A stretch of 64,000 nt of DNA from Schizochytrium sp. TIO01 (lineage: Eukaryota > Protista > Bigyra: Labyrinthulomycetes). The notes under the pieces were generated by a model. The model was not told the origin of the DNA. It made no database searches and was given only the letters and a program-made list of their open reading frames with translations. Within the stretch, counting starts at the first letter, position 1. Every line of letters starts with the position of its first letter. Below, piece by piece: positions 23,101-33,008 of the stretch. Where the stretch lies: contig SMSO01000032.1 of assembly GCA_004764695.1 (NCBI GenBank), positions 2,542,001 through 2,606,000 on the forward strand, read 5' to 3'. Made by a program: the position numbers and the translations under genes.

Positions 23101-25962
23101 GTATGCAAGCTCTTCGCCACCCGAGAGGTTCTGCTGCTCAAGGTCCATTTCATTCGACTTCTTTTCATCCTTCTTCTTTTTCCGATTGCTTGCTTTAGAA
23201 TGCTCAATTCCTTCGTCACTCAAAGTAGAAGCAAGACGTTCCACAGAAAGCATGGATTCAGATCTTTCAAAGACGTTTTGTGTACCCTCTGCAACTCGTA
23301 GAAATACGTTCTCAAGACTTGTAACAGAAATTCCTACATTCACAATACCAAGACGATCTGCATTGCGCTCCAGCTCCGCAAGCATTGGCTGGAACTTCGG
23401 AGAAGCGGCAAGAGGAAGCTGCAACATGATCTCTGTGCCCACATCTGATAGAACAACAGCGGCAGGAACATGCCGAGCTATCATATTCACAACCTCCACA
23501 CGGTTTGCTTCATTGCCATCATCTGCCTTCTCAATGGTCATCTGATACCCTACACCAAATATCTTCTTCAGATACAGGCTCGTACCAATGCAACGCAGCT
23601 TACCCTCGGACATGATCGCAATTCGATCTCCTAGCAAGTCCGCCTCGTCCATGTAGTGAGTCGTCAAGATAATGGTACGCCCTTCACGAAACCGCTCGAT
23701 AGTCTTCCAAGTAAATGTACGACTGTAGGGATCTTGTCCACTTGTGGGCTCATCCAGGATGACGAGCTTACTGTTTCCGAGTAGAGCAATGCCGAGATGC
23801 AGCTTGCGCTTCATGCCACCTGAGAGGCTTTTTGAGAGTGCGTTCGTCTTGGGTGTGAGGCCAACTTCTGCAATCATTTCTGAGATGGCCTTATCCATTT
23901 CGTTCTTGGGAACGCCTTTGATACCGGCGTATATTTTGAAGTGTTCGAGAACTGTAAGATTGGGAAAGAGGATATTGGCTTGTGGACAAACGCCGAGGCT
24001 GCCACGGATGGCTGCCATGTCGGAGCTGATTCTGTTTCCGCCGATGTACGCATCACCGTGGGTTGGTGAGATGACACCTGTAAGTAAATTGGATAGTGTG
24101 GTCTTGCCAGCACCGTTGTGGCCAAGCAAAGCAAGAATCTGGCCTTCGTAGATGGTGAAGGAGACACTGTCATTTGCATTGAGTTTACCCCTTTCTGTTT
24201 TGTAGGTCTTGGTGAGACCATTAATCATGACACAACGGCCTTCAGAACGGAGATCTTGAAGAGCTTTAGGAACTTGCTCGAAATTTGCTGATTCATCTTC
24301 AACTAAACTCTGTTCAAGTTCCGACTGGTGTTTAACAGCGTCAACGTATTTCTTCGAATCAACTGCACCATGCCGACGAGGCCATAGGCAACCGCAGAAG
24401 AGAGGCCAGTACCATTTCATGCGAGCAGACCCTCCACTAGTTGGAATAACAGCATCAAGATAAAGAGCAAGAGCAAAGTACAGAATTGTATCACAAATCA
24501 TCATGCCAAGACAAGTCATCATGGTGTAATCACTATCTGTTGAGATGCCTGCATTGTCCCAGGTAAGAGGCGTCAGGGAACCTTCATACTCGATAAACGG
24601 AAGTGTGCCGAATGAGAACGCCGCTGAAGGAATCAAAGAAACAATCACTTGAGCTCCATATGGGGAATCTGAATCGCTTAGCGGAGTAAAAAGAAAGTAG
24701 CCAATGAAGTAAATGAGGAGACCCACAATAATAGCGAGAGTGGTGCGCTCAAAAATTGCTGCAATAAAAAATGCGTAGGCCAATGAGGCAAAGAGAAAGA
24801 GCATGTAGTAGACAAAAATGACGCTGGGAGATGCATACACGAAGATATTGATCATTGAAATTCCAGTCAGCACACCAGCGATGATAATATAGAAAAAAAG
24901 GTAGAAGATCACCCAAGCAAGAACATATGCGGTGGGTTTCAGACCCATGATGAACATGAGCTCCCGTGTTTTTGTTTCTTTAAAGCTAACAAGCTCTAAA
25001 ATGATCATTGCCAACGGGAAGAGCAGACTAAGTACGAGGAAAATGGGAAAGCTTGACCCAACATCATCCCAGAAGGGGTCGCTCTTGTATGCTAGGGTGG
25101 GCATAGCCAGAAGATTGACGTTTAGTGAAACATTCTGAAGAGAAGCTTCTTGCATCAGAATAAACTCATCGACAGCCTGCTGTACTGTTAAAAACCCCGA
25201 GACACGATATTCTTGGGTGTAGTCTGTCGATCCTCGCTCTAAGTCCTCTGTAGAGGATGTCGAGGCGGTAGGGACATTGTCATCAGAACTTGTAGATGTT
25301 TTGTTGACGCGGATATAGTAAGACCAGTCCGGACTGGCAGATTTGAAAACCACCGCGAGGCTAATACGTGGACGTTCTTCTGTGCCATAAACATCACCCT
25401 TAATGTAATTTTCGAGATCGGAGCTATCTGAAATGAGTTCGTCCACAGTATCGAAACGACTCTGTGAAAGGAGCGTGGGGTTAGCAGATGTCCAGAACTC
25501 ATAGAAGTCCTGAGCTGCCTGTGATGCGTCCACGTTGGTTGCATCTTCAGGAATAATAACAAACTTTGGCATCTCGCAAATTGAGCCGAGCCCATATGTA
25601 AAAACGCCAAGAAGATCTGTTGTACTCAACCCCGTGATGTCAGACTCTGTGCAAACATATGCCATGTTTGCGAACCCGTGATTATAGAAATCCACGAAGT
25701 TTGCTAGGTACCAACCCGCAGATAAAAGGGAATCTGCATCTGGGACCTCCTGTGTCTCATTTACATAGGTGGCCGCAGCAGATGTTGTTTGATCCGTAAG
25801 CGTTTTGATTCCAATCAGAGCGCACATAAGCGCCACAGGGATCAATAGCTCAGCAAGGAAACGAACAGGTTGCCTCGATTTCACCAGGAATACCATTCGC
25901 AATTGCGAGACAAGCTGCTCAAAGAAGCTTGCCACATGTCTTGATCCTGATATTTTTGCCAT
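20158..25962 (-). CDS. ABCA-subfamily full transporter, copy C, 1934 aa
   Basis: Intact ORF with the same architecture as copies A and B, and paralogous to both. Confidence 0.95.
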   Translation of the reverse strand: MAKISGSRHVASFFEQLVSQLRMVFLVKSRQPVRFLAELLIPVALMCALIGIKTLTDQTTSAAATYVNETQEVPDADSLLSAGWYLANFVDFYNHGFANMAYVCTESDITGLSTTDLLGVFTYGLGSICEMPKFVIIPEDATNVDASQAAQDFYEFWTSANPTLLSQSRFDTVDELISDSSDLENYIKGDVYGTEERPRISLAVVFKSASPDWSYYIRVNKTSTSSDDNVPTASTSSTEDLERGSTDYTQEYRVSGFLTVQQAVDEFILMQEASLQNVSLNVNLLAMPTLAYKSDPFWDDVGSSFPIFLVLSLLFPLAMIILELVSFKETKTRELMFIMGLKPTAYVLAWVIFYLFFYIIIAGVLTGISMINIFVYASPSVIFVYYMLFLFASLAYAFFIAAIFERTTLAIIVGLLIYFIGYFLFTPLSDSDSPYGAQVIVSLIPSAAFSFGTLPFIEYEGSLTPLTWDNAGISTDSDYTMMTCLGMMICDTILYFALALYLDAVIPTSGGSARMKWYWPLFCGCLWPRRHGAVDSKKYVDAVKHQSELEQSLVEDESANFEQVPKALQDLRSEGRCVMINGLTKTYKTERGKLNANDSVSFTIYEGQILALLGHNGAGKTTLSNLLTGVISPTHGDAYIGGNRISSDMAAIRGSLGVCPQANILFPNLTVLEHFKIYAGIKGVPKNEMDKAISEMIAEVGLTPKTNALSKSLSGGMKRKLHLGIALLGNSKLVILDEPTSGQDPYSRTFTWKTIERFREGRTIILTTHYMDEADLLGDRIAIMSEGKLRCIGTSLYLKKIFGVGYQMTIEKADDGNEANRVEVVNMIARHVPAAVVLSDVGTEIMLQLPLAASPKFQPMLAELERNADRLGIVNVGISVTSLENVFLRVAEGTQNVFERSESMLSVERLASTLSDEGIEHSKASNRKKKKDEKKSNEMDLEQQNLSGGEELAYLNQLSEDQKEAVAKRGSSMMVHVGAILHKRVRYAKRDRTAWCCQLLIPLVFLVIGFVAMSASFNTTVDPYWFDADTDGWNVGTGYDTPIPFNLGQGESISASATTSWIDNLTIPRVDLSQSFGNVGETATYCRPTQLDNELAYYMYLILGTQMSVSTLEAMYQGSVASSCTASSIYNASTLAFSNDLLNTTYVAKGSRYGALLFNIVPSNVFGSNQSSSSAISSLEAEYTITFNYTGVHTAPLLMNRANAALLQAIGSSATISAANYPLPNTKAQDAVTEGFTALAATLALAIAFAFVPSYYAVFIVREKEQRSWHQQLLNGIKPLAYWTANWIFDFCTYLVPMVITWILLFAFDVTVLKEEFGAVVIIFIFYGISVTSFTYCCTFAFNNFKYSQFGMILINLLGGMVLVIVAFIMAFIDTTYEINDGLCYVYRLLPSFCFSYGLMNVANREVLNLLYNTVDRGGNPSDPVTYGVFSTSIAGLDIIYLIVESFVYTGLLVLLQTRFRNGLCCANGMGSCFRGSTCSTCKHACPRTKASTTFPDTLQNSQDPSASDEDEDVIAERQRVENLDPRNEKSSDVVMLQHARKVYPGTAITPDKIAVKDLSFGIHPYECFGLLGINGAGKSTTMGMISGEHPPSSGHVYIDGFDIVQQTVRAQQSIGYCPQFDALFDRLTGREHLEFYGRVKGIPDKVLKPLIESTLREMNLSIHADKLSMTYSGGNKRKLSVAIASLGTPAIIMLDEPSAGVDPAARRFLLDVITRLAKRTSVLLTTHSMEEAEAVSTRIAIMVDGRLQCLGSAHHLKTKYGSGYQLEVNLRVPLQTDIERVAHDEFGLSLEDTVNEHGVMTALQNAGAMGFYERSFCERGSAATLYQQLTVGAGSIRVDNLAEWLLTERAFEHLDKTLEERFPGHTLLERVGLRLRFNLPSQPGLQLSDMFRIIENSREKAGIEGYGLGVTSLEHIFNNFAARQALVDGGYED
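20659..21795. repeat. Near-identical block (end of TMD2 plus NBD2), copy C partner of 12095-13231
   Basis: Direct sequence match to 12095-13231. Confidence 0.9.
23291..24156. repeat. Near-identical NBD1 block, copy C
   Basis: Same sequence as the other two NBD1 blocks apart from a few substitutions. Confidence 0.9.
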
Positions 25963-28900
25963 GGTAATCTCTCAGCAAGACTATGCTTGTTGCTCTGCAA
26001 TAAGCAAAAGACTACTATCTCCCCTGAATGATGGCTTCAGTAGGTACCAGTACTTGCCAGTACGTGAGACGTGTGAGGCCACTTGTGCCAGAGGAGCCAC
26101 AGGCCAAAGCTCCAAGCCTCGGAAGAGCCTGCCCGGCCCCAAGAAGTATTGCACAGATGCTAGAAACCTACCCCTTTTAAGGGTTTGTTGTGCAGCTTGT
26201 GCGTGTGACTAGCTACGCACGGACAAGAACCTGCTGTCTCGAGTGATCGATCGGTCTTAGACACTTTGCTTCCTTCACTAGTTTTCTTTGTTCTCACGCT
26301 GGTATTACGTATCTCTAGCTGCTGCTACTACGGTACTACCTAGACTCTTACTTTTTAGTCACAAAAGGTCTTTTCGTAAGAAAGAAAGAGGTACAATCAA
26401 AGGTTAAGCAAAAATCTGCTCAAGTTGTCCAGTTCCAGCACTTTGTGGAGAAAACTATTAGCTGCTAGATATTATAATCGGCGCTCGTAGATTTCTGAGG
26501 TGTTGACAGGGAGTTTTGGAGTTCGGGGTTTGTAGCCTTCATTCATCGAGTTTGCTTCGGTGTATGAGGAAAGATATGTTACATATCCGTCACGATACAG
26601 CCAAGGTGACGACCTTTCCACGGATCTCAAAGCTGAGCAAAACGACTCAACTAGATAGGGTATACGATTTATTTATTTTAATAATGTATAAATGAATGTT
26701 AAATTAACATTTTCTAAAATTTTCAAGACAATATTAATAATTGAAAAATAAAGAAAATTCAAATTCAAATATGATATATATGCCTAGTCTTTCTATCAAT
26801 CAATATATGTATAATAATCAAATAAATAATGTTTTAAACAAAATTAAATGGTTATCACAAAAACTTAAGTTGGTATGTAGATATCTAGTCACCAACATAT
26901 CCCGGTAAGTTTTTATTACAAAGCAGTCTTCCGAGAGCCAAGTTTTAGCAGGGATGTAGGTACCTACTCCAAAGTCCTTGAGCCTGTCTCCTCTCGACTA
27001 CACTCAACTTGCTTATCTTCTAATTGTCGTTGTCGTTTGTTTTTAAGGCCGCTTCTCCCACCAACTATTAGGTCTAGCTAGTGCTTACTAAACTTGGAAT
27101 GTTGTGACCCAATCAAAAAAAGCGCAATCATCATTCTTCAGACACTTCAGCGAGCTTTCAAGAACAGCCACCCTGCTTCTGAGTAGGTCCTCTAGGCAGT
27201 CTCATCTACCCTGCACAAAGGTGTTCTGAAAGTGGATAATTCGTGCGATCGCAAATTCATCATGGTACCATTAAAGGACTGAAGTTGGCGCTGTTACGAT
27301 TGTATCAGATAGACTTCGTGTCGTGCACGTGCCGCAGGTTTTAAAGAACTTCAAAGCTCCAGCTGATCTCCCTCGCTCGGTTGCTCTGCAGCAGCGCGAA
27401 CCAATGCATTGACGTATGTATAAGTCGGGGCGGCAACGTCGAGGCAGAGACGCTGGAACTGCCTCGCGCGAGCCATTATGCACCTGAATCATCTTATGTT
27501 TGCATGAGCAGCGGAGTTCAGATCCCTCGAGACGTTTACTTTTATGGCCAAAATATAGTATCGTGCTCAAACTTTTTTAGTAACTCTATATTCTGTTTTT
27601 TCACTTCCCTTACATTCTGTGGAGTGCTATATAGTATTAGCAAGTGCTACTAGTCGAGTATATCATTTTTATTTCTTTTTTAAAGAAAAGAGAAAAGTCT
27701 ACGCCCTCGTAGGCCTACTTAGTTATATTTATTTTTACAAAAGGAAAAAAGTAAGACAGACAAAAAATGCAATTCAGAATTTAGAGTTATATTTTGTAAA
27801 AAGAAAGAATGAGAAAGTATGAAGACATCACTTGAGAGGTACACGAAGTGAAAGCGGAGACCTCTTCACAGCTGGCTGTAAAGTATCCTCATAGACAACA
27901 AAAGCAAAGAACTACTTCTCTTGATGGCTATGGTCTGTTTTCATAATCATAACATAGTGAAGAAGCGCCTAGCATTGTCCGCCCAAGCTCTGAATATCTA
28001 CCTCCCAAAAATGCAAACATACGTCTTTTAGGTAATACATCAGTCTAAAATCGCTTTTTAATGACGCAATTGTAACAACAAGAAGTCATTTAGCAATGTT
28101 TGATGGCCTGAGATTGGCTCGGTATAGACAAGAAGAGTACTACATCAGCTCGGCAAGCATTTTGTGTAGTATAATATTAGGAGCTCCTCTCTGTCTTTCG
28201 CGCGGCATTCGAGCACCACTTTAAATTGTTGAGTGCCTCGCCGCTCGGAGGCTATTATAAGGAAGCTCAAATTCAAGTTTCACGATCTCCAATCAAGTTA
28301 AATATAGAAAGTAATATCTTAAGTCAAAAATTTGCTCAAAGCAAGGGTAAACTTGAATGAGAGCAACAGAAGTTCCCGAAAGGAGTAGTATCGTAGCCAG
28401 GATAAAATAGGTAACCTAACCGATCATTATTTTGCCGTATCTGATTTTAATTCCCTCGTCTTTGCTCCTTTGCACTATTCTGATTTATCTACAAACATTC
28501 TAAGAATATGCCGTTAGTATTGTTGGCACACCATTCCCTGGTATTGACGAACGAACACCTCGGGGCCATGTATCGCAGTAATACAGCTGCCTCACTCTGG
28601 GCATAAACTCCGAACAAGAGAAGTTGAGACTTTCGATTCCCTTGAAGGCCTAAAAATTAAATTCATAGAACGTTTGCTCTCCTGTAGACCTTCTTGAGTT
28701 AAACCTCCGGGGTTTCCATTCTTGCATACGTACACCTAAGTGCTGGCCGATGCTCTCGTCTCCACGATTTCCATGCAGCTTCCTCTTCAGACGAGGCAGT
28801 CACTTATGCTACGATCACGACCCGATCTATTGGACCTCCCTGGATTGATGAAACGCCAGGACCCTCAGTTTGACCCAAAGTGAATAAGTCCCCTTGGTCT

Positions 28901-29219
28901 GGACCTAAAGGAGAGCTTACAGCAGCCTCGTAGCGCGAGACCGTCTGCTGTTTCCAGGTGTGTAGTGAAACTCAGATTTGGAGGCTTTGTACATTGCTGC
29001 TCCATCCGGAAACCCACCCGTAAACTACTCCAAGCCGAGGCCCGGTCTTCAAAACCTCATCGGACTTTTACGGCGCTGGGCAACGAAAGCCTAACATCGC
29101 GACGGAGGTTACGAGAGATCGCTCGGCCAAGCAAATGGCCACCCGACGAAGTCTGCCTCGAAACAACCAAAACAAAGAACGAAGAAACAGAACGGAGACA
29201 CAATGAAGGGGTCCCTACA

Positions 29220-29343
29220 TGTTGTTTGTTTGTTTGTTTGTTTGTTTGAAAGTTGTTTGTTGGAAAGTTGTTTGTTTGAAAGTTGTTTGTTTGAAAGTTG
29301 TTTGTTCGTTCGTTCGTTTGTTCATTTGTTTGTTCATTTGTTT
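29220..29343. repeat. Compound (TTTG)n microsatellite with a higher-order 15-bp unit (GAAAGTTGTTTGTTT, ~4 copies) and TTCG/TTCA variants
   Basis: Directly visible in the sequence. Confidence 0.9.
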
Positions 29344-29559
29344 ATAAAGAAACAGTGGCGACGCACGAGTCATCCAAATTGTTTGCATGACCGAGTTGAG
29401 CCTTGGAAACTTCGCTAAACTCGTCGAAAGCGACTTTCGTGTCCCAAGTCTCACGAATCTGAGGCCCTCGTATGTGTCACACGGTGAAGAAAGAAGCATC
29501 GATCGCACACTTTCATGTTTCCCTCAGTTTCTTTTATTGTGGTTTGTTATTTATTTTGC

Positions 29560-30412
29560 GCACCATGTATAAGAAGAGGTTTTGGAGTTTTCTCTTTAAA
29601 CTCTGCTGGAGAGATTTAGCAGTGACATTTGGTACATCGAAGGCTACTTTTGGAAAGCCACCGCACTTTGTCTGAGCCAAGGCCTTTGGGGGATCAAGGC
29701 GCTGTGATGTTCTATGTTTATTGCAACATCAGAGACCGTGGACGGAGGGCTTTTGCTTGATAATTGATGGTGGTGCTGGCTTTCCATTTCATTTTGTGGC
29801 ATGCGATGCCGTGCCGTTGCTCTTAAAGCGCGAGCCTCAGTTCAACTTGAAATTTGTGCAATATCGAGCAATCGAAGCCTGCCTAAATTTCGCAAAGGCC
29901 GCGTGGCCTCACGGAAAGTGAGAAAGCGGAATGATTCCATGGCGATGCGACGCCTGAGCAGTGGAACAAACTCGAAGAGAACGGCCATCAGCAGCTGGAA
30001 AGGTACATGCTGGAAAGTAATGCGCTGGAAGAAGCTACTAGTATCGATTGTTATTTTCGATTCCTGGAGCCTATGGTCCGTCTCAGTGGCCGATCATTAA
30101 GACATTGTCATGGCCTACACAGATCATGCATGCCGAGTCACGGCAATGTACACCGAAACTTGCTTCTTAAGCTGACGAAAATCTCAGAACGCAGGTAGGT
30201 ACATAGGGTTGCCTACACCTGCCAGACAAGCGAAGGAAAGCGACGTTTTAAGCCTTCAATTGGTTCGTCACAGTTCGTCAGATCAGCTGCTCAAATATAT
30301 CCAGGGTTGCAAACAATGTCAGAACGTCTTCGACACAGGGTGTCGATCTATTCGTCCAAACTGGCTTCAGGAGAAGGTGGAAATAGGCAATGGCCTCGTG
30401 TTTGGCCTTTAG
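29560..30412 (+). pseudogene. Decayed coding relic, possibly a hAT (DUF659-like) transposase fragment
   Basis: Chain of protein-like frames broken by stops and frameshifts: GFCLIIDGGAG..FVACDAVPLLLK; ATPEQWNKLEE..LERYMLESN..CYFRFLEPMVRL / SVADH*DIVMAYTDHA. The resemblance was judged by eye only. Confidence 0.3.
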
Positions 30413-30462
30413 CCTTTAAGCCTTTAGCCTTTAAGCCTTTAGCCTGTAGCCTTTAGCCTTTA
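30405..30462. repeat. GCCTTTA(A) 7-8-bp tandem repeat, ~8 units
   Basis: Sequence reads gcctttagcctttaagcctttagcctttaagcctttagcctgtagcctttagccttta. Confidence 0.9.
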
Positions 30463-31928
30463 TCGTATGTCTTCTTCACTCTTGCCAAGAGACGTTCAGG
30501 TACTCCGCTATCCTAATCATAGGCCGTTATAGAAAGAACCTATTTTCTTTTTCTATTTTAGAAAATACAAAAATAGATAAAATGTTTTTTTAAAACTTGT
30601 TTTTAATATCTGGCTAGTGAGGTGTTATACTAAGCTGTAATTGATATAAGTAATGTAATTGGTTCTATAGTCATTAAAACAAATTGATACAATTGAATTG
30701 AATTGAATTGAAAATTTGATTTTAAAATTTGATCTTTAACCTGATAATTTAACAGAGACGGGGGGTGTTTGACACAGACCGCTGGATGGACATACAAAAC
30801 CAGCGTGAGGGGTCATAGCCATATTAGAATGCATTTCTATGTACGATCCTGATTTTTGAAAGTTCCAGATTATGCTTCATATACCAGCCGAGAAACTGTG
30901 TCTTTGAGACACAGAGTGCCAGCTCCGCTGTTTTATTACGGGTTGATATGAAACCTTCATGTTTACACCAAGACTTTCAGATGAAGATGTTTGAGCTTAC
31001 ATAGAAGCAGTCTGGAATGTCATTACTGCATGCAACCTTCCCTTCTCTCGACATGCGTTTATTCTTCTATTAAAATTTTCTGAATGCAAATCAACTTTTT
31101 TTAAAAAGATATCTATGGAAAATTTTCAAGATTGTGATATATGCAGATATTATTCATTCAAGTTATGTTCTTCGAAACCAGGTAAGCAGTAATTTGTTTC
31201 ATTTATCATAATTTTCTTATTCCCCAAAAGGAACTCGCGTCAACCAGACCTGGTGCGACAAATAATTGATGCACCCCTTGCCTTTATAATATAAAACATA
31301 TTGGTGGAGAACTATACTATACTAGCCGACGCAAAATACCTTATGATAGTCAGCAAGCTTACATATCTCCAACAAGAACCATTTTTTTCTAAAATGGAAA
31401 GAAGAAGGATAGCAGTAAATATTTCTCCTAAAGTAAAATTTTGATTTTTTTGTATCAAAGTTAGCTTTAAAATCAGGACTTTGGAGTTACTCGAACTTGG
31501 ATCTTTAGTTTTGCATTAAGTCGTACTATAGTCTAAGCATGGGTAATACTCTGCTTAACTTTCTGGGCCTAATGCACACGTGCAAACTAGTATGGAGGAG
31601 ATAAAGATAACAATAACAACATCAATAACAATAAATCCTTCCCCGTCTGGAGTACGATAACTTGTGCAATAACATCCTTCTAAGAGGCTGAGCTTTTTAT
31701 CGTTACACGTCATGGTGTTAAGTTTCACTGCTGAACACCAAGAATTAATAAAGGTACCTTCAAGTCATGAAAGGAGGATGGATGATGGATAACTTTCGAT
31801 CCTCCTCTAATTTTCATTTTATATTTGTACCCTGGCTAGATCTGGAGGGGAGAACGTGTTTCAGGCCACAACTAGCGTGTTTAAATATTCGTGTTGAAAA
31901 GATAGCGTTATTTTAGGAATAATGTCAG

Positions 31929-33008
31929 TTAGAGTCTTGACGAAGAAGTTGCTTTCTTCTTGTCAGCGTGAATGTCAATAATGAGGCGGCCCCGGTTACC
32001 ACCATAGTCCCCAAAAAGTTTGAGAAGCGCACGCGGAGCCTCGGAGAGACCTGGAATAACTTCTTCTTGGTACTTGATCTTCCCTTCTGCAAGCCACTTA
32101 GCAATATCCCTCTTTGCAGCAGGAAACTCGTTGGCATAGTGGAGTACAATGAAGCCCTCCATTCGTGAACTTGTATTGATGAGGTTTAAGTAAGCAGCTG
32201 GCCCCGGACGGAGCTTTTCATCATTGTAGCCAGCAATTGCACCGCACAGCACGACGCGAGCCTTGAAATTAATCTGCTTTAGTGTTTCGTTGAGAATCCA
32301 TCCACCCACGTTGTCGAAGAAGACATCTACTCCCTTTGGACACGCCTTGCGCAAGTCCTTTTTAAAGTTGCGGCCATCCTCAGCTTTGTAGTCGATCGCA
32401 GCGTCCACGCCAAGTTCATCCTTCAGCCACTGGCACTTGTCTGCACCCCCAGCAATGCCTACCACACGGCACCCGAAGACGTGCTTGGCAATCTGGCATA
32501 CCATACTACCAGTCGCTCCACCTGCAGCACTCACGACCACTGTCTCTCCTTCCTTGGGCTGGCCAACGTCGATGAGGCCAAAATACGCGGTTAGACCAGT
32601 ACCCCCAAGGGCGCCGAGGTGTACGCTGGCCGGCAAACCTTCAGTGATTTCGATCTTGCCGATCTTGGATCCCTTAGCAATGCCGTACTCGCACCAGCCC
32701 AACTCATGGTTACAATTAACCCAATCGCCCTGCTTAAAGTTAGCATCGCGAGAAGCAAGTACCTGTCCTACAGAAGATCCGCGCATGACAGCGCCGAGTT
32801 GTACAGGAGGAATATAGCTTTTCTGGTCTCGCATCCAGCCTCGCATCGCAGGATCTAGAGTCATGTAGATATTCTTGATCAAGACTTCGCCATCATTGAG
32901 GTCCTGCTCAGCAGGCATTGGAGCAGTTTGGTAGACAAGGTCTTCGCCCGGCACAGGCTTGGCCATCGGCCGCTTCTCTAGACGCACAACGTGTTGCGTC
33001 CCTGTCAT
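31929..33008 (-). CDS. NADP-dependent oxidoreductase of the MDR superfamily (prostaglandin reductase/alkenal reductase-like) with a C-terminal PTS1 (-SRL), 359 aa
   Basis: YMTLDPAMRGWM, LGALGGTGLTAYFGL, VVSAAGGATGS (nucleotide-binding), DVFFDNVGG and VVLCGAIAGYN motifs; the protein ends in SRL. Confidence 0.93.
   Translation of the reverse strand: MTGTQHVVRLEKRPMAKPVPGEDLVYQTAPMPAEQDLNDGEVLIKNIYMTLDPAMRGWMRDQKSYIPPVQLGAVMRGSSVGQVLASRDANFKQGDWVNCNHELGWCEYGIAKGSKIGKIEITEGLPASVHLGALGGTGLTAYFGLIDVGQPKEGETVVVSAAGGATGSMVCQIAKHVFGCRVVGIAGGADKCQWLKDELGVDAAIDYKAEDGRNFKKDLRKACPKGVDVFFDNVGGWILNETLKQINFKARVVLCGAIAGYNDEKLRPGPAAYLNLINTSSRMEGFIVLHYANEFPAAKRDIAKWLAEGKIKYQEEVIPGLSEAPRALLKLFGDYGGNRGRLIIDIHADKKKATSSSRL

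Noticed and set aside
6365-24151. Repeated plus-strand ORFs (e.g. MGSSRMTSLL..., MITSSRKRR...) occurring two or three times
   Set aside because: They are antisense shadows of the near-identical ABCA NBD tracts, not independent genes.
28830-28850. LLDLPGL resembling the dynamin G3 motif
   Set aside because: No P-loop or G4 motif is found in frame nearby, and the match is too short to be meaningful.
29220-29343. Regularly spaced GAAAGTTGTTTGTTT units as a possible CRISPR array
   Set aside because: The units are directly adjacent with no unique spacers, there are no cas genes and the context is eukaryotic. It is a compound microsatellite.
30405-30462. (GCCTTTA)n as an interstitial telomeric repeat
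   Set aside because: Neither strand gives the G-run pattern (TTAGG/TTTAGGG type) of known telomeric repeats.
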